Source: Octopus bimaculoides (Eukaryota). Taken from it: a stretch of 38,787 bases of DNA. The position numbers and the translations under genes were made by a program. The notes beneath the pieces were generated by a model that was not told the DNA's origin, made no database searches, and saw only the letters and a program-made list of their open reading frames with translations. Below are positions 25,051-35,321 of the stretch, piece by piece. The first letter of the stretch is position 1. Each line of letters begins with the position of its first letter. The stretch is from positions 76,199,222 to 76,238,008 of the forward strand of contig NC_068987.1 of the NCBI RefSeq assembly GCF_001194135.2, read 5' to 3'.

Positions 25051-25659
25051 CGGAAAAATAGTTTTAGTATACTGCTAAAAAAACAATGATTGAAAAATCT
25101 CACAACAAGCCGGGCTTTAATCACCTTTTTTCTCCACAACCGTTGTGACCGACGTTATAAGAGCCATTTATAGCACTGTAAATCGATTTACACGACTGTA
25201 CACGCTATAGCGCTGTGTCACTGTTATAAATAATTATTTATTAATGTCAGTAAAAGAACTCTCTATCGGAGGTAATGATAATCAATTTAATCTCACCTCT
25301 TCCGTTACCAAGATTTCATATCAATTCTCCGGCTTTTCGCAATTTTGATATTTTATTTATTTATTTATTTTTTTCTAAACGTACAGAGTTGATAATACAT
25401 TACAGCTATGACAAAACGAAATTATATTCCCTTTCTTCTTCACCTACTCTTCTTTGCCAGGGTAATCGCTGACAACGAAGGATATAGAAAAGATAATCAA
25501 TTATAAATGATGTATGTGTATGTTATGTATATTGTATATGCGCATATATGTATAAGCATAACGATGTATGTATATAAGTATGTATGTAAGCAACCGATGA
25601 TTGTTGGTATTGAAACGTATCAGAAATATCAGCGAGTTATTAAGAATGTCTGTATGTGT

Positions 25660-25710
<51 letters not shown>

Positions 25711-25734
25711 TATAAATACATATGCATAAATACC

Positions 25735-25884
<150 letters not shown>

Positions 25885-26309
25885 GGACAGATTGCCTTGG
25901 AATAATCGTTCCGGCTCTCTGCTTTCCGAGTTCAAATTTCACCGAGATCAAATTTCCAGTTCCTTCTTAGAGAGATCGATAAATAAAATACCACTACTTC
26001 TCTCCTTTTTTTATATTTCTGTGTGTCTGATTTCTGGGCTCCGAAAGAAATTTATCTGGTCAGATCTTTATATGGATGGGCTCAGTTAGGTCAAAAAATT
26101 GTATATACCCTGTGTATGGCTTTAAATTGCATCCAGCAGTGGGATCAGGTTTGGGGGCTCCAAGATTTTCAAGAGTGTAGACATTATTGTCCCCTAGTTC
26201 TACTCTGAACCTGAATTGTAGTTTCCATATGCTACGTAGGATTTCTTTTATAAGATATGTTAAATAAGATGTATTCAATTCTGTTCCTCGGAATTCACTA
26301 AGAAAGAAT

Positions 26310-26348
<39 letters not shown>

Positions 26349-26899
26349 GTGCCTTTCACACACATATACATACATACATACATACATACATAATACATAC
26401 ATACGTACATACATGCATACGTACATACGTACGTACGTGCGTACGTATACAAACTTTTTAATCAGTTCAAATATTTCACTTTAAAAAGGCCATTTTCACT
26501 GCAGTTTGTCATGGAGAAAATACTCGCCTTAAAGCAATAGGTGTAGATGTATGCATGTATGTATGTATGTATGTACGTACGTACGTATGTATGCATGCAT
26601 GCATTCACACACACATGCACATTCATATATAGTTATGTTGTAGAGACAGTGACCGATACTTGTTTCGTAGAATATATAGTGTAATATCATATCTGTGTAA
26701 AAATATACATTATATATGCCTCACGATTCATATGGTAATAGACACAGTGGAAGCCGTTTGCGATTACTTTGAAACGATGAGCAATATTTATTTGGTTCAT
26801 TTTAAAATTGAATTGTGATAACAATAACCGTTTGATATTATCATCTCTCTGTCTCTGTCTGTCTGCCTACCTGCCTGTCTACCTGTTTATCTGTCTGTC

Positions 26900-26970
<71 letters not shown>

Positions 26971-27071
26971 GTGTATGTGTGTGTATACAACTAAACATAT
27001 ATATCTATGTAGACATATATATGGACATACATATGTACGCACATACATACATACATACATACATACATACA

Positions 27072-27102
<31 letters not shown>

Positions 27103-27638
27103 GCACTATATAATCCCATCACACTGACCAATTTAACACGCCAGTTTCTCCATTTCCTGTACCAACGTACGATTCGACCAACGCCATCACCATTTACCTT
27201 CCACTTCTTCGTAGTCGGCGCGTTTATGTCTTTTGATCTTTGATTTCGATCTCTGTAAGCATTACATTAGTAGCAATGCGATGGTTTAATTAAAAATGTT
27301 CACAAGAACATCTAGAGATTTGATTATAATAAACGGATAATTTTTAATTCGTTTTAAATAAAGTGTTTGAGATGCACTGATTTTGATAACGATAATATGG
27401 CTCTCACTGTATTCTTAAATTAATATTTATGAAAATTGATATTTATATCAATATTAATGGTGTTTATATTTTCACATTTTTTTCTGCGTGTATGTTTATA
27501 TATATATATATTTATACATGTATATCAGATTACACAAGGACACACTCAAGTACACATGTAAATGTATGTGTGTATGTAAATGCATGTGTGCATTTATGCG
27601 TGTATATAAATATATATATAAATTGTACGTATGGATAA

Positions 27639-27639
<1 letters not shown>

Positions 27640-27700
<61 letters not shown>
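27640..27700. repeat. (TAGA)n microsatellite
   Basis: Direct tandem repeat. Confidence 0.97.
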
Positions 27701-27751
27701 TATATTCTGCTGTATATGAAATAGAATAAAAGCAAAATAATTCTTGGATAC

Positions 27752-27976
27752 ATATTCTTTTCTACTCTAGGCACAAGGCCCGAAAATTTGGGGGAGGGGC
27801 CAGTCGATTTGATCGACCCTAGTACGCAACTGGTACTTAATTTATCGACCCCGAAAGGATGAAAGGAAAAGTCGACCTCGGTGGAATTTGAATTCAGAAC
27901 GTAAAGGCAGACGAAATACTGCTAATACTGCTAAGCATTTCGCCCGGTGGGCTAACGTTTCTGCCAGCACGCGGCC
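27752..27976 (-). mobile_element. SINE type A, tail variant ..GGGCCTTGTGCCTAGAGTAGAAAAGAATAT
   Basis: Reverse complement of 34382-34593; contains a local tandem duplication of TACTGCTAA. Confidence 0.92.
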
Positions 27977-28079
27977 TTCAAACGATTTAATATTATTTTC
28001 TACTCTAAATATGGATAAGAAACTATTGCATGAAAATAGTCTATTGATGAAAATAATCTGCAAGCTTGTTTTTGCAATG

Positions 28080-28390
28080 TATGCGAAATGGGGCATTTGT
28101 AAAACGCCATTCTGTAAAAGGTAGCGCCAAGCTACTGAAAAATGTCCTAAAAAAAAAAAAAAAGCTGGATTAAAATCAGAAACGATGGCTTTGGCAATCT
28201 CAAGCAACATGAATAAATGGCTTAAACATGACTATCATCACTAACTTAACCATAGTCGATTTCTTAGACATTACCCAAGGCCTCACAACAAGCAAATAAT
28301 GACTGTGGGATGCTCTGTTTGCGAGATGAGACAATTTTCTTTTATACAAGGACTTTATATAAATCAAACATAAAATCTGGAAGAGATTCG
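28080..28390 (+). pseudogene. Penelope-like element (PLE) reverse transcriptase remnant
   Basis: Frame-shifted pieces EMGHL*NA (xMGSxDGA-like), IRNDGFG (YRDDGLA-like), INGLNMTIITNLTIVDFLDIT (GLxITIxxNLKxVDFLDVT-like) and LYINQT*N (LYINxxSNHP-like) occur in the expected order. Confidence 0.65.
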
Positions 28391-28409
28391 ATTTGCATAC
28401 ATTCATTGG

Positions 28410-28630
28410 AAAATGCTTTCTGGTGTCTCTACTCATGGAGTCGGTGAATGTTCAGCGTGAGTTGTATAAGGTTAAGTGAGAATGGATGATTTGTGGTTGA
28501 GGGATGTTTAGAAGGAATGAAGAGTTTTGTCCTTTACAATGTGTTTTGTTGCATGTGATTTTAAGTAAGTCATTGATGTTTAGAAGGAAGAGAGGTAAGA
28601 GCAAAACCGTACCCTATGGGACAACAGAGT
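28410..28630 (-). pseudogene. CR1/Jockey-group LINE RT remnant
   Basis: Minus-strand VVP*GTVLLLPLFLLNINDLLKITCNKTH matches GVPQGSVLxPxLFLLxINDL; internal 15-bp duplication GATGTTTAGAAGGAA. Confidence 0.65.
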
Positions 28631-28651
28631 ACATCTAATAAAGTAATCACT

Positions 28652-28765
28652 CATGTCTGTGGAGTGCTCAACCACTTGCACGTTAATTTCCCGAGCAGGC
28701 TGTTCCGTTGATTGGATCAACTGGAACCCTCAACGTCGTAAGCGACGGAGTGCCAACACACACAA
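28652..28765 (+). mobile_element. SINE type B (or partner LINE) 3' fragment running into (CATA)n and a gap
   Basis: TGTCTGTGGAGTGCTCA.CCACTTGCACGTTAATTTC.CGAGCAGGCTGTTCCGTTGA..GGATCAACTGGAACCCTC.ACGTCGTAAGCGACGGAGTGCCAAC is the reverse complement of the type B tail. Confidence 0.9.
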
Positions 28766-29833
28766 CGCACATACATACATACATACATACATACATACAT
28801 ACATACATACATGCATGCATATAAATATATATATATATNNNNNNNNNNNNNNNNNNNNNNNNNNNNNNNNNNNNNNNNNNNNNNNNNNNNNNNNNNNNNN
28901 NNNNNNNNNNNNNNNNNNNNNNNNNNNNNNNNNNNNNNNNNNNNNNNNNNNNNNNNNNNNNNNNNNNNNNNNNNNNNNNNNNNNNNNNNNNNNNNNNNNN
29001 NNNNNNNNNNNNNNNNNNNNNNNNNNNNNNNNNNNNNNNNNNNNNNNNNNNNNNNNNNNNNNNNNNNNNNNNNNNNNNNNNNNNNNNNNNNNNNNNNNNN
29101 NNNNNNNNNNNNNNNNNNNNNNNNNNNNNNNNNNNNNNNNNNNNNNNNNNNNNNNNNNNNNNNNNNNNNNNNNNNNNNNNNNNNNNNNNNNNNNNNNNNN
29201 NNNNNNNNNNNNNNNNNNNNNNNNNNNNNNNNNNNNNNNNNNNNNNNNNNNNNNNNNNNNNNNNNNNNNNNNNNNNNNNNNNNNNNNNNNNNNNNNNNNN
29301 NNNNNNNNNNNNNNNNNNNNNNNNNNNNNNNNNNNNNNNNNNNNNNNNNNNNNNNNNNNNNNNNNNNNNNNNNNNNNNNNNNNNNNNNNNNNNNNNNNNN
29401 NNNNNNNNNNNNNNNNNNNNNNNNNNNNNNNNNNNNNNNNNNNNNNNNNNNNNNNNNNNNNNNNNNNNNNNNNNNNNNNNNNNNNNNNNNNNNNNNNNNN
29501 NNNNNNNNNNNNNNNNNNNNNNNNNNNNNNNNNNNNNNNNNNNNNNNNNNNNNNNNNNNNNNNNNNNNNNNNNNNNNNNNNNNNNNNNNNNNNNNNNNNN
29601 NNNNNNNNNNNNNNNNNNNNNNNNNNNNNNNNNNNNNTATATGGGTGGCTAATTCACAAGTTTACAACCTAAAGGCAGAAATATATACATCACTAAAGTG
29701 ACAAAGGGCACTAATCAACACCAGTATTGCTAGAAATAAGAGTCAAAACAACTGAATAGCCACAGAATGCACTATTTTAATGACTGACAAAGGTAGCAAG
29801 CCCCCTACGGTTGCAAATTTAGCAAGATCATCG

Positions 29834-29899
<66 letters not shown>

Positions 29900-30629
29900 T
29901 CTGAATGACAAAGAACCGTCTGATGCAAAGAGCAAATGTCTCTTACCAGTTTCCGTAAACAAATCAGAGATACATTTTTCTCCACTATAAAACGTTGCTC
30001 TGTGGCAACAACATCAAAACTGAAAACTTATTTTACGCATCCTGTTGAGTCGTAAATAAGATGCACGCACGTTTGATCCTCAGTCCAGCCTGCCAGAATT
30101 TCTATAGTGTGATCATACGGCCTTCTTTAACAGCGAGATTAAATATATATGTGTGTGAAATCATATACTTTCATAAATGATTATGTTATATTCATAAATG
30201 AAGCAGATGCATTTCACATTGTATACATAAACCACGCTATATTGGTATTGTGATAATTAATGTAAATAAGGCCGATAAGTGAGTTGGGCGAGTGAGATGA
30301 GAGAGTGTTATTACAAGAAATTCTGGCACAAACAAATCGAAGAATCGAAAAACAGGCCATGTGCAAATAATCATTATTGTGACCTGTCTAAAAATAATGA
30401 TTTGTTTTTGTCTAAGCCAATTATTATAAAAACAAGGTCAAATTTTGAAAGAGAAAGAGAGATTGAGACAGGAACGTGAAGAAAGTGTTTGGTCGATAAC
30501 TTCAATTTAAAAAAAGTTACTGATTCCTTATTTTACGACCTCTGGAGGGCGAAAGGTAAATTCAAAACTAAATCATTTGAGACTCAACAATTTCTACTAA
30601 TTTATCACACTACTATCATCTCAGCCACC

Positions 30630-30646
30630 GCTGCTGCTGCTGCTGT

Positions 30647-30713
<67 letters not shown>
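30630..30713. repeat. (CTG)n(CTA)n microsatellite
   Basis: Direct tandem repeat. Confidence 0.96.
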
Positions 30714-30714
<1 letters not shown>

Positions 30715-31217
30715 GTTGTTAAAATTAATAGTTTTCAGTCGGTCTGAGTTCAATTCCTGGCTTGTGAAAAAAATTCTTTGCTTACCATCGAGAGTGTTTC
30801 CATATAGTCGCTCAACCTATAAGTAATGACAGCAAGCCAGCTACTATCTTAAAAAGAAAAGACCATAATGTATTCCGAGATGCACTTCATCTGGAAAAAA
30901 AAACCGGTTGGTCATGGGCTTTTGATTGAAAGTCTGCTCAGTGAAGGCCGACTTGTGGTTATATAGCACCTACTACTACTACTAACTAACTAACTAACTA
31001 GCTAAAAGCTATCCTATCGTCGATTAAATTGTTTCAAATGTGAGACGCGAAGTGGAGACAGCTACAAATAATTACATTTAAATATATTGAATTCAAAAAA
31101 CCATTGGACAGTAAAAAGATCGAAGGCGTCTTGCGGGATATGTGTAAGAAAATGTGGGTTCGCGTCTCGCAAGTGAACTTCGCGCTTTCTTTTCCATCTA
31201 AGGGTGTTTAACCTTAT

Positions 31218-31424
31218 ATATTGGTTTCAAATTTTATCACAAGGACAGCAATTTCGAGGAGTGGGTAAGTCGATTACATCGACCCCAGTGCTCGATTGGT
31301 ACTTATTTTATCGACTCCAACAGGATGGAAGGGAAAGTCGATCCCATGTGAACACAAAACGTCAAATCGGAAGAAATGCTGTTCACCATCTTGCCCGGCG
31401 CGGTAACGATCCTGCCAGCTCGCG
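31218..31424 (-). mobile_element. SINE type A, diverged, tail variant ..TTGTGATAAAATTTGAAACCAATAT
   Basis: GTAAGTCGATTACATCGACCCCAGTG..TGGTACTTATTTTATCGAC..GGATG.AAGG.AAAGTCGA..CCCGGCG..TAACGAT.CTGCCAGCTCGC. Confidence 0.85.
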
Positions 31425-31477
31425 GCTGTTTTAAACACTGTCTATATATATTACATGCTATTATCTGTAGTTATTAA

Positions 31478-31893
31478 GACGGCGAGCTAGCAGAATCGTT
31501 TGCACGCCGGGAGAAATGCTTAGCGGTAATTCGTCTGCCGTTACGTTCTGAGTTCAAATTCCGCCGAGGTCGGCTTTGCCTTTCTTCCTTCCGGGGTCGA
31601 TAAATTAAGTACCAGTTACGCACTGGGGTCGATATAATCGACTTAATCCGCTTGTCTGTCCTTGTTTGTCCCCTCTGTGTGTAGCCCCTTGTGGGCAGTA
31701 AAGAAATAGGTATTTCGTCTGCCGTTACGTTCTGAGTTCAAATTCCACCGAGGTCGGCTTTGCCTTTCATCCTTCCGGGGTCGATTAAATAAGTACCAGT
31801 TACGCACTGAGGTCGATGTATTCGATTTCGACTTAATCCCTTTGTCTGTCCTTGTTTGTCCCCTCTATGTTTAGCCCCCTGTGGGCAATAAAG

Positions 31894-31898
<5 letters not shown>
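31478..31898 (+). mobile_element. SINE type A head-to-tail tandem: full copy 31478-31708 plus 5'-truncated copy 31709-31898
   Basis: Both copies end ..TTGTCTGTCCTTGTTTGTCCCCTCT..AGCCCC.TGTGGGCA.TAAAGAAATA; the second starts at GGTATTTCGTCTGCCGTTACG. Confidence 0.93.
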
Positions 31899-31930
<32 letters not shown>

Positions 31931-32143
31931 NNNNNNNNNNNNNNNNNNNNNNNNNNNNNNNNNNNNNNNNNNNNNNNNNNNNNNNNNNNNNNNNNNNNNN
32001 NNNNNNNNNNNNNNNNNNNNNNNNNNNNNNNNNNNNNNNNNNNNNNNNNNNNNNNNNNNNNNNNNNNNNNNNNNNNNNNNNNNNNNNNNNNNNNNNNNNN
32101 NNNNNNNNNNNNNNNNNNNNNNNNNNNNNNNNNNNNNNNNNNN

Positions 32144-32174
<31 letters not shown>

Positions 32175-32175
32175 G

Positions 32176-32329
32176 ACGGGCTTCCATGCGGGCTTCGCCT
32201 ACCAAATTCATTCACACGGCATTGGTCCGTTCGATGTTATAGTAGAAGTCACTTACCAAATGTGCGCAATGGGGCTGAGCTCAAAAACACGTGGTGGCAA
32301 AGCGAACTTCCTAACCACACGGCAATACC
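32176..32329 (-). mobile_element. SINE type C head fragment after (TA)n and a gap
   Basis: GACGGGCTTC..CCTACCAAATTCATTCACA..TATAGTAGAAG.CACTT.CC..AACTTCCTAACCACAC.GC. Confidence 0.75.
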
Positions 32330-32575
32330 TGGCTAGAGATCTATGTAGTTGATTAACATGGTCAGTTGTGTTGATACTAAAACATATACGACAGATTGGA
32401 TTTGCGATATTCACATGTTTCTTCTTTAAGTAATATGGAATGCAATAATCGAGTTAACGGAAATGGTATTATCTTCCGATACAAGATCAGAACTCCATCG
32501 ATCGACTTCATGAGATATGGAAAAACCGAAGACGTATCGATTGTTCATGAACTCTTATCTTTTGTCTTTTATGAT

Positions 32576-32764
32576 TTATTTGTTTCAGTCATTAGACTGC
32601 GGCCATGCTGGGGCAACGCATTTGAGAATTTTCAGTTGAATGAATCGACACCAGTACATTATCATTTTTTTTTTTTTACAGCCTGATAGCAATTCTATCG
32701 GTCTCGCTAGGTTACGGGAACGTAAACGCGCCAATGCCGCTTTCCAATTGCTGGTGGTGGGTAG

Positions 32765-32770
<6 letters not shown>
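32576..32770 (-). mobile_element. SINE type C 3' half running into (CA)n
   Basis: TGTTTCAGTCATTAGACTGCGGCCATGCTGGGGCA..AATCGAC.CCAGTAC..AGCCTG..TTCTATCGGTCTC..GTTACGGG.ACGTAAAC. Confidence 0.85.
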
Positions 32771-32828
<58 letters not shown>

Positions 32829-32871
32829 ATGCATATATGCATGTATGTATGTATGTATGTATGTATCGTTG

Positions 32872-33108
32872 CTATTATGCAAAAGTGTCGTAAGTCCAAA
32901 ACGTTGCTTTTTTTTTTTTTCAGAAAATAGTTTCGCGATTCCATTGCAAAACCGGTGCACTATACTTTGACCATTTTTGCTATCTTGGCATCTGAAGCAG
33001 CTGGAGATACGATAATTTGACCAAAAGAACCAGCTATTGCAAGCAAAAACAAATATTGAGAAAAGCGCATTTGGCAATATTTGGACATACGACAGTTTAA
33101 CATAATAG
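32872..33108. mobile_element. Putative MITE, about 237 bp, with imperfect TIRs
   Basis: CTATTATGCAAAAGTGTCGTAAGTCCAAAACGTTGC (32872-32907) vs GCAATATTTGGACATACGACAGTTTAACATAATAG (33074-33108): about 29/36 identity as inverted repeats. No TSD identified. Confidence 0.6.
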
Positions 33109-33206
33109 AAAATTTTGCCAAATGCGCTTTTCTCAATATTTGTTTTTGCTTACAATAGCTGGTTCTTATGGTCAAATTATCGTATCTCCAGCTGCTTCAG
33201 ATGCCA
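32986..33206. repeat. 92-bp near-perfect inverted repeat (90/92) with 37-nt spacer
   Basis: Arms 32986-33077 and 33115-33206; also visible as the duplicated N-termini of ORFs 32712..33077(-)/33115..33351(+) and 32960..33175(-)/33122..33418(+). Confidence 0.97.
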
Positions 33207-33425
33207 GCTCATTCCACAATGCAACGTCGTGGATATCGTTGGCGATTTTTTCTTCCTCCGTCTTCCCTTCTTTGGACTTTCCTATGTTTCGACGAAGAGC
33301 ATCGCTCGAAACGTCAAATTCTCTTTCTTTCCTTTCCCGAGCGTCCACTAACACAATATCTGTATCACGTCCTCGCATTGTTGTTTTTTGTTGTCTTTTT
33401 GTCGTTTTTCTTTTTTGAACTCACT
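33207..33425 (+). mobile_element. Probable Penelope-like pseudo-LTR fragment carrying a degenerate minimal hammerhead (33286-33319)
   Basis: GTTT-C[ ]GACGA-A-GAGC(ATC)GCTC-GAA-ACGT-C-AAAT followed by a pyrimidine/T-rich tail; core lacks U4. Assignment to PLE is from established association of minimal palindromic hammerheads with PLE pLTRs. Confidence 0.55.
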
Positions 33426-34185
33426 ATATATATATATANNNNNNNNNNNNNNNNNNNNNNNNNNNNNNNNNNNNNNNNNNNNNNNNNNNNNNNNNNNNNN
33501 NNNNNNNNNNNNNNNNNNNNNNNNNNNNNNNNNNNNNNNNNNNNNNNNNNNNNNNNNNNNNNNNNNNNNNNNNNNNNNNNNNNNNNNNNNNNNNNNNNNN
33601 NNNNNNNNNNNNNNNNNNNNNNNNNNNNNNNNNNNNNNNNNNNNNNNNNNNNNNNNNNNNNNNNNNNNNNNNNNNNNNNNNNNNNNNNNNNNNNNNNNNN
33701 NNNNNNNNNNNNNNNNNNNNNNNNNNNNNNNNNNNNNNNNNNNNNNNNNNNNNNNNNNNNNNNNNNNNNNNNNNNNNNNNNNNNNNNNNNNNNNNNNNNN
33801 NNNNNNNNNNNNNNNNNNNNNNNNNNNNNNNNNNNNNNNNNNNNNNNNNNNNNNNNNNNNNNNNNNNNNNNNNNNNNNNNNNNNNNNNNNNNNNNNNNNN
33901 NNNNNNNNNNNNNNNNNNNNNNNNNNNNNNNNNNNNNNNNNNNNNNNNNNNNNNNNNNNNNNNNNNNNNNNNNNNNNNNNNNNNNNNNNNNNNNNNNNNN
34001 NNNNNNNNNNNNNNNNNNNNNNNNNNNNNNNNNNNNNNNNNNNNNNNNNNNNNNNNNNNNNNNNNNNNNNNNNNNNNNNNNNNNNNNNNNNNNNNNNNNN
34101 NNNNNNNNNNNNNNNNNNNNNNNNNNNNNNNNNNNNNNNNNNNNNNNNNNNNNNNNNNNNNNNNNNNNNNNNNNNNNNNNNNNNN

Positions 34186-34238
<53 letters not shown>

Positions 34239-34381
34239 ATGTATGTATGTATGTATGTATGTATGTATGTTTGTATGTAAACAGAGTTATCAGTGAAGGA
34301 TTGTGGATTATCAATCCCGGCAAAATACTTCGTATGCTCTCTCTCTCTTAGTACATCAGACTAACAATATCGTTTAAATTT

Positions 34382-34593
34382 GAGCTGGCAGAAACGTTAG
34401 CACGCCGGGCGAAATGCTTAGCGGTATTTCGTCTGTCTTTACGTTCTGAGTTCAAATTCGGCCGAGGTCGACTTTGCCTTTCATCCTTTCGGGGTCGATA
34501 AACTAAGTACCCGTTGCGTACTGGAGCCGGTCTAATCGACTGGTACCTTCCCCCAAAATTTTGGGCCTTGTGTCTAGAGTAGAAAAGAATATT
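34382..34593 (+). mobile_element. SINE type A, near-complete, tail variant ..GGGCCTTGTGTCTAGAGTAGAAAAGAAT
   Basis: Pol III-like head (TGGCAGAAACG; GAGTTCAAATTC), body GAGGTCGACTTTGCCTTTCATCCTTTCGGGGTCGATAA. Confidence 0.93.
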
Positions 34594-35275
34594 ATTTAGA
34601 TTAGGGAAAACCTCCAAGTATTCTTATGGCAGGGTCTGAGGTTATATTTCAATATCATTCTCTATTGTAAACAGCTGTGAGCCAAATTTACTTTGATAAA
34701 GAAAAAGTATGCAATGACCATTGTTTATACTTTGTCTTACATATGTGCGTGTGTATGTGTGTATTATATATATATACATGTATATCTATATGAATCTGTA
34801 TGTATATATGTATGTGTGTGTGTGTCTGTATGTTTGTGCATATATGTATGTAAAGATGTATGTATATGTATGTATCTATTTATTTATATGTGTGTGTGCG
34901 TGCGTGTGTGTGTGCGTGTGTGTGTGTGTGTGTGCGTGCGCGTGTGTACTAGTTCATGCGCGAACGAAAACAGCGCTCAACCAATTTAGAGTCTTAATTA
35001 TTTAATTACAGGTTGGTCCAGTTAAAGTTTCGTGGACGAAGAACTCTGCCACCTCTTCACACGTACAGTATCATGTGTGCGTGCGCACGCACATGCGTGT
35101 ATATATACAGAAAAAGAGAAGGAGAAAGAGAAATATAAAGAGAGAGAGAGAGAGAGAAAATGCTTAAAGGAGAAAAAGAGAATATTTGAGAGAAATGAGA
35201 AATACAATATAAAGCAAATGAATATGAGAATGGAAATAAGAAAGAATGAGAAAAAGAGAGAAATAGAGAGAGAGG

Positions 35276-35321
<46 letters not shown>

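Noticed and set aside
25594-25625. CCGATGA..GAAACGTA hammerhead-like fragment
   Set aside because: U4 mutated, no stem II and no stem I.
31478-31898. Repeated units that might be read as a CRISPR array or operon-like system
   Set aside because: Eukaryotic context; repeats are SINE copies or microsatellites with no repeat-spacer periodicity and no cas-like ORFs anywhere in the window.
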